A DNA stretch of 64,000 bases, from IMG/VR virus record IMGVR_UViG_3300037423_001547. One strand, written 5' to 3'. Under the pieces are notes generated by a model. That model did no database searches and was not told where the DNA came from. It worked only from the letters and a program-made list of their open reading frames with translations. This DNA is from a virus. This document shows positions 8,105 through 15,562 of the stretch, piece by piece (position 1 is the first letter of the stretch; each line of letters starts with the position of its first letter). A program made the translations under genes and the position numbers.

Positions 8105-8121
8105 TCCGCCGCGCGGGCGGA
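8105..8121. terminator. short bidirectional hairpin TCCGCC-N5-GGCGGA
   Basis: Sits between convergent genes 7910..8092 and 8123..8323. Confidence 0.35.
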
Positions 8122-8122
8122 C

Positions 8123-8323
8123 TCACGGCTCCTCAGGCCACACAGACAGCTCCTCGCCGGTCTCCTCATCGACGAGGGCGACCCGGACGCCGGGCATGCT
8201 GCCGTACTCGCCGACCCAGCCGATGAACTTCCGGCGGGCGACTTCCTCGCTACCCCACCAGCCGTGCTGCACTGGCCGGCCGTGCGTGGCGAGCAGGAGG
8301 TGGTAGCGGCCTGGGCTGGTCAT
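8123..8323 (-). CDS. hypothetical protein, 66 aa
   Basis: ATGA overlap with the upstream LexA-like gene. No motif recognised. Confidence 0.5.
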   Translation of the reverse strand: MTSPGRYHLLLATHGRPVQHGWWGSEEVARRKFIGWVGEYGSMPGVRVALVDEETGEELSVWPEEP

Positions 8324-8538
8324 GCGAGCCGGATCCCGCGGTAGCGGCCGGGCTCGCGGACGATCGCGCGCTTCGCTTCGAGTTCGACGAGCTGGTAGTG
8401 GACGGAGGCGCGGCTACGCAGGCCGACGGCGGCGCCGATCTCCCGGATGCTCGGTGCTTCGCCGTGGTCGGTGATGTGCTGGCGGATGGCGCGGAGGATG
8501 CGCTCCTGGGTGTCGGTGAGGTGGTCTACGCGGTGCAT
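8320..8538 (-). CDS. LexA N-terminal DNA-binding-domain-only protein (winged helix), 72 aa
   Basis: LTDTQERILRAIRQHITDHGEAPSIREIGAAVGLRSRASVHYQLVELEAKRAIVREP matches the LexA DBD pattern (LT..Q..IL...G.PSIREIG.AVGL.S.SSV). No cleavage site and no S24 peptidase domain. Confidence 0.8.
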   Translation of the reverse strand: MHRVDHLTDTQERILRAIRQHITDHGEAPSIREIGAAVGLRSRASVHYQLVELEAKRAIVREPGRYRGIRLA

Positions 8539-8546
8539 GCAACGAC

Positions 8547-8562
8547 TAGAGCACGTGTTCGA
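8547..8562 (-). promoter_or_regulatory. SOS-box-like site TCGAAC-ACGT-GCTCTA
   Basis: Minus-strand reading: left half matches the actinobacterial LexA box TCGAAC-N4-GTTCGA perfectly, right half 4/6. It abuts a TAAAAT -10-like hexamer (8563-8568) and lies 8 nt before ATG 8538. Confidence 0.5.
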
Positions 8563-8621
8563 ATTTTATGGCAAGGTGACGCACCAGGCAGGGCCCCGCA
8601 CGCGCGCGGCGGACGGGGCCC

Positions 8622-8900
8622 TCACCGGTTGCTGATCGTGAGGTGGATCGACCGCTCGTCGATCAGCCCCCCGACAGTGGTGATCTGGCAGACCAGCGTG
8701 TACGCGCTGTCGACCGTCCCACCCGACACCCGCTGAGTCACCACCGTGCCCGTCACAACAGGCGCCCCGACAGCAGTAAGCCCGGCAGGCACGGTGACCG
8801 TCGCAGAACTGATCGTGTCAGCGACCTCCGCGAGCCACGCCGACCAGTCCCAGGTGTAATCCAGCAGCGCGGAAGGATCCTTGACGTAACTGTCGGCCAC
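8622..8900 (-). CDS. putative fibre-tail adaptor-like virion protein, 92 aa
   Basis: The pattern DP.ALLDYTWDWS.WL...DTI...TV...GLT...........V.GGT.....Y.L...ITT.GG....RSI.L.I resembles small phage fibre-adaptor proteins. Assignment is from memory only. Confidence 0.5.
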   Translation of the reverse strand: MADSYVKDPSALLDYTWDWSAWLAEVADTISSATVTVPAGLTAVGAPVVTGTVVTQRVSGGTVDSAYTLVCQITTVGGLIDERSIHLTISNR

Positions 8901-8905
8901 GCGAC

Positions 8906-9970
8906 CTACCTCCGGATTATCAGGGTTCGCGGCTCGGCAGCCACGGCCAGGGTTCGGGATTCGGCGGCCACAGTCAGGCGCCGCCGCTCGGCGGGAATCA
9001 TGAGGGTGCGCTCCGGGCTGGGCACGGTGGTGGACGGCACGGTGAGCGGGCGCGCCGTGTCGACCTCCAGTGCGGGCGTCAGAACCGCCGTCTTGACGCC
9101 TACGAGGGGTAGTGCCGTCTCCACGGATCCGGCGGCGGCCAGCGTCGCCGTGACAGTCGACGCGAGCGGCTGGGCGGCCTCGACGGATCCGGCTGCCCCG
9201 AGCGCACCTGCCTTCACGCCGACGAGGGCCTGCGCGGTGTCCTGTTCGACAACCGGTACGAGAGTAGCGGTCTTGGTACCGACGAGCGCCTGCGCGCCGT
9301 CGGTCTCCGAGGCGATGCCGAGCGTGACTGTCTTGCTGGCGACCAGTTGCTGCGCTGCCTCGGTGGCGGATGCGACGCTGAGCGTTGTCGTCTTGCTGCC
9401 GGTCAGCGTCTGTGCGGTCTCGGTGGCGGACGCGATGCCGAGGGTCGCGCCGTTGACCACATCCGCGGCGGTGAAGTCATCGAAGCGAAGGGAGGACGTG
9501 GATTCAGCGCGGACGCCGACGCTGGTGCCGGTCGTGACAGCCGAGTCGGTGACGGAGATCCGCAGGGTCCCGTTGATGTACCCCTTGATCGCGGTCCCGA
9601 CGACTTGAAGTTTCACGACGTCGCCCGCTACGGCGGCCGCGGCGTAACTGCCGATGCTGGTGAAGCTGCCGCCGACCACCGAGAAGAGGTTCCACGAGGT
9701 GCCGTCGTTACGGAGCAAGTAGCCCTGGGTGATGTTCGCGTTGCCTCTGGCCCATACGCCGTGGCTGACGGCTGCTGTGGCGGCGATGGTCATCTGGACT
9801 GAGTGGTCGGAAGTGGCCATCGCTCCGGCAGCGCGCAGGATGATCGTGCCGCCCGCCGAGCCGCTGCTGAGTTGGTTGGAGATGATCGACCAGTCGCCGG
9901 ACACCTCAACCCACCCGGCCCCCAGGTCGGTGGAGTTGGCGCGGTTGAAGTCGTCGCTGAAGCTGGCCAC
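8906..9970 (-). CDS. minor tail / fibre-like protein: LamG (concanavalin-like) N-domain plus tandem 20-aa repeats, 354 aa
   Basis: N-terminal FSDDFNRANSTDLGAGWVEVSGDWSI... is typical of actinophage minor tail jelly-roll domains. Followed by about 6.8 repeats of TLGIASATETAQ.LVG.KT. Confidence 0.75.
   Translation of the reverse strand: MASFSDDFNRANSTDLGAGWVEVSGDWSIISNQLSSGSAGGTIILRAAGAMATSDHSVQMTIAATAAVSHGVWARGNANITQGYLLRNDGTSWNLFSVVGGSFTSIGSYAAAAVAGDVVKLQVVGTAIKGYINGTLRISVTDSAVTTGTSVGVRAESTSSLRFDDFTAADVVNGATLGIASATETAQTLTGSKTTTLSVASATEAAQQLVASKTVTLGIASETDGAQALVGTKTATLVPVVEQDTAQALVGVKAGALGAAGSVEAAQPLASTVTATLAAAGSVETALPLVGVKTAVLTPALEVDTARPLTVPSTTVPSPERTLMIPAERRRLTVAAESRTLAVAAEPRTLIIRR
9038..9445 (-). 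repeat. about 6.8 tandem 60-bp (20-codon) coding repeats
   Basis: aa 176-311 of the 8906..9970 product: TLGIASATETAQTLTGSKTT / TLSVASATEAAQQLVASKTV / TLGIASETDGAQALVGTKTA and so on. Confidence 0.85.
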
Positions 9971-9997
9971 GGGTGCCTCCTGCTCGGGCCGCCGGCG

Positions 9998-10450
9998 TTA
10001 CGCGGTGGAGCTGGCCCGGAAGAAGTCGTTGATCGTCAGCGAGAAGTTGTTTCCGTCCGGCGTCCAGGTCAGGTCGTGCTTGGTGAGTGGGATGAGGTCG
10101 GCGTCGGTGCCGCCCGTGGTGTCGGGGTCGTAGCAGATGACGAGGGCGCCGATCGGGTTGCCGGTTGGCGACGTCCACGTGACGTCCGCGGCGTCCAAGG
10201 CGATGCGGTCGTTGGTGTCGTCGACGGTGACCGTGACGCTCGCGAGGGTCTTGCGGCCGACGGTGGTCTGTTCGTTCGTGGTCCCGGCAACCAGCGAGGC
10301 GAAGTCGTCCTTGTCGCGCAGGACGGAATCTGCCTCCAGACCGCTGGACTCCAGGGCGATCAGGATGAGGGCGTCGTTCGCGGCGGGCAGTGAGGCGTAG
10401 TACGCCACCTTGCCCAAGGCGATGTTGAAGGTGATGGTGGCCATGCTCAC
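9998..10450 (-). CDS. hypothetical protein, about 148-150 aa
   Basis: Complete ORF with coding bias, between the collagen-like and LamG fibre genes. Likely start at ATG 10444. Confidence 0.6.
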   Translation of the reverse strand: MSMATITFNIALGKVAYYASLPAANDALILIALESSGLEADSVLRDKDDFASLVAGTTNEQTTVGRKTLASVTVTVDDTNDRIALDAADVTWTSPTGNPIGALVICYDPDTTGGTDADLIPLTKHDLTWTPDGNNFSLTINDFFRASSTA

Positions 10451-10455
10451 TACTC

Positions 10456-11085
10456 CTATACGTACTGCCTGCGCTGGGGGTCCAGCGCCAAGGCCTGCGG
10501 ACTCTTACCGTCGTCGGGATCGCTGGGCTGCGGAGCGCCGTCCTTCCGGCACACCAGCGCATCCGGATCCCACGACGGCACCTGCGGCGAGTAGCCGGTC
10601 GGGCATGCGGGGCCCGCAGGGCCTCGCTCTCCCTGCGGCCCTTGCTCTCCCCTGGGACCAGCCGGTCCGGGCTCGCCTTGCGGGCCCTGCTGCCCGGCCG
10701 GCCCGACGGGACCCGTTGGGCCGGTCGAACCGGCGGGTCCCGTCGTACCGTCGGTCCCGTTCTTCCCGTTCTTGCCGGGGGAGCCAGAGGGGCCGGGTTC
10801 GCCCTGTGGTCCGGTCGGTCCTTCAGGACCCGGTGGACCAGTGACGGTCTTACCTGGTTCGCCGCGAGATCCGGGCGGTCCCGCGACGGGCTTCTCACCG
10901 AGCTGCTCCACCTGCCGGGCGAGCGCGTCACGGGCGGCATTGGCCGTGTGCAGTTCATTGGTGAGGCCCTGCACGCTCAGCACGATCCACGCAAGCGCAG
11001 CCCCGAGCATCAGCGCCGCTGTTATAGCCAGCACATCGCCGCGGCGCCACCGCCGCTCTTCCGCCCTGACTTGCACCCGGCTCAC
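10456..11085 (-). CDS. membrane-anchored collagen-like (Gly-X-Y) protein, 209 aa
   Basis: GTG 11085 sits 2 nt after the upstream stop. TM helix [21 protein letters not shown], a short coiled coil, about 30 uninterrupted GXY triplets (10609-10881), then a Cys-containing C-terminal domain. Confidence 0.8.
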   Translation of the reverse strand: MSRVQVRAEERRWRRGDVLAITAALMLGAALAWIVLSVQGLTNELHTANAARDALARQVEQLGEKPVAGPPGSRGEPGKTVTGPPGPEGPTGPQGEPGPSGSPGKNGKNGTDGTTGPAGSTGPTGPVGPAGQQGPQGEPGPAGPRGEQGPQGERGPAGPACPTGYSPQVPSWDPDALVCRKDGAPQPSDPDDGKSPQALALDPQRRQYV

Positions 11086-11087
11086 GA

Positions 11088-11378
11088 TCAACGCCCCTGT
11101 GTCAGCAGGATGATGACGGGGAGAAGGATCCCGACGAGCGGCACGATCACCGCGCCGATCAGCCACCTGCGGGTGGCGACCAACTTCTCGGTGTCCTTCT
11201 CTCTCAGGGTCTCCAGCGTTGCGACCCGTGCGGCGAGTGCTTCGTGCCGCAGGTCGTAGATCCGCTGGTCGACTTTCTCGTCCATGCGGCGGCCGAGCTG
11301 CTGGATGTCGTCGCGGACGTCGGCGAACCTCTCGTCGAAGCGTCTGACGACTTCACCCAGCGTCGGCTCGTCCGGCAC
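11088..11378 (-). CDS. tail-anchored membrane protein with coiled coil (lysis-cassette accessory), 96 aa
   Basis: C-terminal [23 protein letters not shown]. Position directly after the holin. Confidence 0.6.
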   Translation of the reverse strand: MPDEPTLGEVVRRFDERFADVRDDIQQLGRRMDEKVDQRIYDLRHEALAARVATLETLREKDTEKLVATRRWLIGAVIVPLVGILLPVIILLTQGR

Positions 11379-11390
11379 GTGCAGCTCCGA

Positions 11391-11657
11391 TCAGACCCGG
11401 GGAGCGGAAGAAGCGGAGTTGGTGAAGCCGATCCCGCGGGCCAGCAGCCCCTTCACGAGGGACACGACAGCGGCGACCCCGGCCGTGCCCACCGCCTGCC
11501 AGAAGCTGACGTTGAACATGTCCGCCGGGCCGGCGGCAAGGGCGACGCTGGCGACCGCGGCAAGGAAGGTCCAGATGACGCGTTCGGTGAGGTCGATGGC
11601 GTAGGTCTTGGCGGTCTTCACGATCGTGTTGACGTCGGGCAGGGATGGAGTGGACAT
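11391..11657 (-). CDS. holin candidate, two TM segments, 88 aa
   Basis: Immediately downstream of the endolysin. TM segments VIWTFLAAVASVALAA and AVGTAGVAAVVSLVKGLLA. Resembles r1t-type holins. Confidence 0.7.
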   Translation of the reverse strand: MSTPSLPDVNTIVKTAKTYAIDLTERVIWTFLAAVASVALAAGPADMFNVSFWQAVGTAGVAAVVSLVKGLLARGIGFTNSASSAPRV

Positions 11658-11690
11658 GGGTTCTCTCTTCTGTGGGTTGGAGTGGGAGGG

Positions 11691-12635
11691 TTACTGGGCG
11701 AGGCGCGCGGCGAGTTTGGCCGCGACCTTCTCTGCGATCTGTTCGGCGAGTGCCGGGTTCGCGGCGACCGCTGCGGCGAGCGCCGTGATCTGCGCGTCCG
11801 ACACGACCGGCGTCGTCAGCGTGTCGACCTTCTTCGCGAGCTCGCGCAGGCGGGTGTTGGTGTCCTTGAGGTAGGACTGGGGCTGCCAGGTCGTGTTGGT
11901 GGCCGCGTCCGGCGCATCCGGCGGGGCGGCGACCTGGTCGGTCTTCCAGACGGCGTCGTAGATGTCGGCCTTGGTGATTCCGGCCATGGGGTCCTCTTCC
12001 TGGGTGGGTCCTGCACGGAGGGTGGAGGCCACGTCGGAGCGGACCGCAGGCATGGCCATGATCTTGCCCGGGGCGTAGCCGGGGTCCCACTTGTCGTCGG
12101 ACCATTCGCCGTGCGCGATGACCGAGCGTTCCGTCCAGCCGTGGAAATCGAGGACCGCCGCCGACAACCGGCGGGCCGCCGCATACTGCGCCGCGCTCAT
12201 CTCATGCGATCCGCTGTACTGGATCTCGACGCCGTAGAAGTGGGCGTTGCCGTCCACCCCGTCGCTGTTGCCGCGCGTCGGGTGCAACTGGCCCGTGTAG
12301 TCCTCGTTGATGACGTGCTGCAGCACCGCCGGGTCGCCGCCGCCAGCGTGGTTCGCTCGGCCCCAGCCGATCAGGTAGACGGTGCCGTCGGCGCCGATGG
12401 AGAAGTGGCAGAGCGGGCCCGGCAGGTCGGAGAGTCCGTTGTAGAGGGTGCCTGCGGCGTAGGCCTTGGCGTCTTTCACGTCGGCGCCGGTGTGGTGCCA
12501 GATGAAGCCGTTGACCGGCCCCCACGCGCCCTTGCTGTTGCGGTTGTGGGTGGCCCAGCCGGAGATCTCGACGTACCGGAGACCCCACTTCTTCAGCTGG
12601 GTGACGGCCTCCGTGGCCGTCATCGGGGTCGCCAT
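11691..12635 (-). CDS. endolysin, N-acetylmuramoyl-L-alanine amidase (PGRP/Amidase_2 type), 314 aa
   Basis: WHHTG...GPLCHF.IG.DG.VYLIGWGRANHAG...HFYGVEI...IAHGEW...K.DPG motif series. ATG 12635 preceded by GGAG. The ORF-track start 12734 lies inside the regulatory motif. Confidence 0.9.
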   Translation of the reverse strand: MATPMTATEAVTQLKKWGLRYVEISGWATHNRNSKGAWGPVNGFIWHHTGADVKDAKAYAAGTLYNGLSDLPGPLCHFSIGADGTVYLIGWGRANHAGGGDPAVLQHVINEDYTGQLHPTRGNSDGVDGNAHFYGVEIQYSGSHEMSAAQYAAARRLSAAVLDFHGWTERSVIAHGEWSDDKWDPGYAPGKIMAMPAVRSDVASTLRAGPTQEEDPMAGITKADIYDAVWKTDQVAAPPDAPDAATNTTWQPQSYLKDTNTRLRELAKKVDTLTTPVVSDAQITALAAAVAANPALAEQIAEKVAAKLAARLAQ

Positions 12636-12710
12636 CTCAGGCTCCGTTCGCGCTGGCGTGGCGGGCGAGTGACGATTCCGCGGGCATGCTGGCCTCCCAC
12701 AGGCTAGGTT

Positions 12711-12726
12711 CCTTTGAATCGTAGCC
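12711..12726 (-). promoter_or_regulatory. late-gene motif copy (minus strand GGCTACGATTCAAAGG)
   Basis: AT-rich 15-mer shared with 37112..37126 and 39609..39623. Lies 23 nt before an RBS-preceded ATG (12687). Confidence 0.5.
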
Positions 12727-12742
12727 TGTAGCACCCCATTGA

Positions 12743-12757
12743 CCTATGAATCGCAGG
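12743..12757 (-). promoter_or_regulatory. variant late-gene motif copy (minus strand CCTGCGATTCATAGG)
   Basis: Second tandem copy, 32 nt upstream (in the minus sense) of the first. Confidence 0.4.
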
Positions 12758-12877
12758 CTATAGTTCGTTCATCCCTGGCTCAGGGGATGGCGGCGGGAGC
12801 GTGTCCGTGCGGGTCGCGCTCTCGCCGCGCCAGGCACCGGCACCCCCACCCGCACAAACCCGCACGCAGGAGCAGCC

Positions 12878-13615
12878 ATGCATGACCCGCTCACCGTCGC
12901 GTTCGAGATCCGCCGCCCCTGGCCGGAGCGCTCCACCCTCCCCGCCGCAGGCGACAAGGCCGCGCGCTGGCGCATCCGCCTCCACCACGACTGTGGCACC
13001 TGGTGCGCCGACGACCCACCTCACAAGGGCGGCGCGTTCCCCTGGTGGAAGCCCTCCAGCTACAGCGCGTTCTGGCGCCTCGCAGGCCGGGACTACTACT
13101 TCCCGCCCGTGATCACCGTGTGGCACCGGGAGCCTGGTGGGCGTGACGGCCTGACGGTGTGCAGCAGACGTGTCCAGCGTCGCGACGGTACGTGGCGGCG
13201 CACGCGCGGCTGGCGTTGGCACATTCACCATTACAAGATCCAGTTGCGGCCCTTCCAGAAGTGGCGCCGACGCCTGCTCACCCGCTGCGCCTGGTGCGGT
13301 GGCCGCTCCGTGAAGGGCGACCAAGTCAACGTCTCCCACTCCTGGAACGGCTCGCGATCCCGCTGGTGGCAGGGCGAACGTGGCTTGTTCCACCGGGACT
13401 GCTCCCCGATCGAACGGGCCCACGCCACCTGCGTGTGCACGCGGCCCGTGCTGGACCACGACACCTACGGGAGGTGCGCCAGCTGCGGCCGGTTCCGGCC
13501 CTTCGGCCTCACCGACGCCAACCTCGCCCGCGCCCGCGACCTCCAGACCATCCCGAAGGGCAGCCGCCGCGCCGACGCCGAGGAGAAGCCCGTGGCGGAC
13601 GGGGACGAGTCGTGA
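12878..13615 (+). CDS. hypothetical Trp/Arg/Cys-rich protein, 245 aa
   Basis: ATG preceded by GCAGGAG. First gene of the plus-strand island. CAWCGG...FHRDC and CASCG cysteine pairs. No family recognised. Confidence 0.65.
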   Translation: MHDPLTVAFEIRRPWPERSTLPAAGDKAARWRIRLHHDCGTWCADDPPHKGGAFPWWKPSSYSAFWRLAGRDYYFPPVITVWHREPGGRDGLTVCSRRVQRRDGTWRRTRGWRWHIHHYKIQLRPFQKWRRRLLTRCAWCGGRSVKGDQVNVSHSWNGSRSRWWQGERGLFHRDCSPIERAHATCVCTRPVLDHDTYGRCASCGRFRPFGLTDANLARARDLQTIPKGSRRADAEEKPVADGDES

Positions 13616-13715
13616 GCTACCTGTGCGCCGCGTTGGCGTTCCTGTTCGCGTTCGTCGTCCTCGCCCCACACGCCGAAGTCCACGTAGAGCCCGTACCTGC
13701 CGCGTGGAGCGGCCG

Positions 13716-13874
13716 ATGAACACCGCCGTCACCATCACCGCGATCATCGCCGCCGTCGCCCTGCTGAACAGCGGCATCACCGCCCTACGCGACATCGCCA
13801 AAGCGAAACACCAGACCGTCACTAAGCACTGCAAGACCTGCACCTGCGACAACAGCAAGGAGTCAGAGGCATGA
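13716..13874 (+). CDS. small membrane protein, 52 aa
   Basis: TM VTITAIIAAVALLNSGI, then KHCKTCTC. Its stop overlaps the epimerase start. Confidence 0.45.
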   Translation: MNTAVTITAIIAAVALLNSGITALRDIAKAKHQTVTKHCKTCTCDNSKESEA

Positions 13875-15547
13875 AGGTTCTGATCACGGGTGGCAGCGGC
13901 TTCATCGCCTCATGGTGCCGCCGGGAACTCCTCGCGCGAGGCCACAGCGTGCTGGTCATGGACCACCAGGACCGCCGCCAGCACCTCGCAGACGGCGAGG
14001 AGTTCTTCCTCGGCGACGTCCGTGACGCAACCGCCGTCACCGAAGCCGCCGCCCACGTCGACGGGATCATCCACCTCGCCGCCGTCCTCGGCACCCAGGA
14101 GACCATCAGCAACCCGCGGCCCAGCGCCGAGACGAACATCCTCGGCAGCCTGAACGTCTTCGAGGCCGCCGTGCAGTACAACCTCCCTGCGGTCTATGCA
14201 GGGGTGGGGAACGCGTGGATGCGGGACCACGGAACCGGCTCCTACACGATCAGCAAGACGGCGGCCGAGGACTTCGTCCGCATGTTCAACGCCTACCGCA
14301 GCGGCCGTATCACGATCGTCCGCCCCGTCAACGCCTACGGGCCGGGGCAGAGCATCGCCGCCCCCTACGGCTGCGTCGATCCGAGCACACCCGTACTGTG
14401 CGCCGACCTCGTCTGGAGGCCGATCTCCAGCCTGCGGGAAGGTGACGAGATCGTCGGCATCGACGAGTACGCGCCAGCGAAGAAGCAGCGAAAGCTGCGT
14501 CGGTCCACCGTGACGGGCTCGTGGGCAACGCGAAAGCATGCCGTCCGTCTCCACTTCGACGACGGCCGGTCGGTCACCTGCTCGCTCGATCACCCCTGGC
14601 TCGCATCCTCACCGTCGGGGCAGATCCGCCAGTGGATCGAGGCGCGGAAGCTCCGCACAGGGGACCGCGTCGTGTGGGCCACGGATCAGACCTGGGACGC
14701 TGGGGACAGCCGTTCCCACGGCTACGTCTCTGGACTCCTCGACGGCGAGGGGCATGTAGGCGGCCACGGCCCGGTATTCACGCAGAACCCCGGCCCCGTG
14801 CTGGACGAGTACCTCTACCTCCTCAAAGAGTTCGGGTTCGAGCCCCAGACCCGGACGAAGGAGAACGGCCGGATCGTCGTGGACACGTCGGTCTCGGGAC
14901 TGACTTCACGACTTCGGCTGCTGGGCGAGTTCCGCCCCGTCCGTCTCCTTGCGAGGGCCTCGCAGCTCTGGGAAGACAAGGCGCCGAACGGCGGCCGGGC
15001 GACCATCACGGCCATCGAAGAGCTGGGCGAGACGGACCTGTGGGACGTCGAGACCACGTCGCACACCTACATCGCCAACGGGTTCGCGTCACACAACTCC
15101 AGCAAGGTCCGCAAGATCATGCCCGCCCTGACGTGCCGTGCGCTGACCGGTGCGGACATCGAGGTGTACGGCGACGGCACCCAGATCTCCGACTGCGTGT
15201 ACGTCGGCGACGTGGCGCGGACGTTCGTGACCGCGTTTGAGCACACCGCCGCGCACGGGCCGACGGAGAAGCCGGTGGAGGTCGGGCCGCTCACGTCGGT
15301 CACCGTCAACGACATCGCCCGCCTGGTCGCTGAGGAGGCCGCGCGGGTGACGGGGCGGGAGCCGGTCGGGTTGAAGCATCTGCCGATGCGGCCGGGTGAG
15401 GTCCCGAACGCTGTCGTCTCCTCCGACACCAGCACGCTGCAGCAGATCGGGATGACGGCCGCGGACTTCGTGCCGCTCGACGAGGGCATCCACCACACGG
15501 TCCGCTACTACGCCGAGCAGTGGCTCCCCGGCTACCTGGCCGCCTGA
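13871..15547 (+). CDS. NAD-dependent sugar epimerase/dehydratase (extended SDR) interrupted by an intein, 558-aa precursor
   Basis: GGSGFIAS Rossmann motif, catalytic YTISK (YxxxK) and NAYGPGQ. The exteins (167 + 149 aa) join into a normal 316-aa SDR. Confidence 0.9.
   Translation: MKVLITGGSGFIASWCRRELLARGHSVLVMDHQDRRQHLADGEEFFLGDVRDATAVTEAAAHVDGIIHLAAVLGTQETISNPRPSAETNILGSLNVFEAAVQYNLPAVYAGVGNAWMRDHGTGSYTISKTAAEDFVRMFNAYRSGRITIVRPVNAYGPGQSIAAPYGCVDPSTPVLCADLVWRPISSLREGDEIVGIDEYAPAKKQRKLRRSTVTGSWATRKHAVRLHFDDGRSVTCSLDHPWLASSPSGQIRQWIEARKLRTGDRVVWATDQTWDAGDSRSHGYVSGLLDGEGHVGGHGPVFTQNPGPVLDEYLYLLKEFGFEPQTRTKENGRIVVDTSVSGLTSRLRLLGEFRPVRLLARASQLWEDKAPNGGRATITAIEELGETDLWDVETTSHTYIANGFASHNSSKVRKIMPALTCRALTGADIEVYGDGTQISDCVYVGDVARTFVTAFEHTAAHGPTEKPVEVGPLTSVTVNDIARLVAEEAARVTGREPVGLKHLPMRPGEVPNAVVSSDTSTLQQIGMTAADFVPLDEGIHHTVRYYAEQWLPGYLAA
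14372..15097 (+). mobile_element. intein, 242 aa, with a single LAGLIDADG-like motif
   Basis: Starts with Cys1 (CVDPSTPVLCADL). Block-B-like SLDH. GYVSGLLDGEGHV. Ends ...YIANGFASHN followed by Ser(+1) at 15098. Confidence 0.85.
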
Positions 15548-15562
15548 ACGAAGGAGGCGGCC

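Noticed and set aside
8537-8635. A 32-codon plus-strand ORF (MQRLEHVFEFYGKVTHQAGPRTRAADGALTGC) ending in a C-terminal Cys, about 640 bp from the HFCD flavoprotein. This was tempting as a decarboxylase substrate peptide.
   Set aside because: It has no Shine-Dalgarno, it starts inside the LexA-like gene start codon region, and it overlaps the SOS-like box and the end of 8622..8900. No dehydratase, cyclase or other RiPP partner genes are present. A terminal Cys alone is weak evidence.
10609-10881. A periodic GGN-CCN-rich DNA stretch was considered as a non-coding tandem repeat.
   Set aside because: It is the in-frame Gly-X-Y collagen-like region of a complete ORF. The periodicity is 9 nt at the codon level, not a discrete DNA repeat unit.
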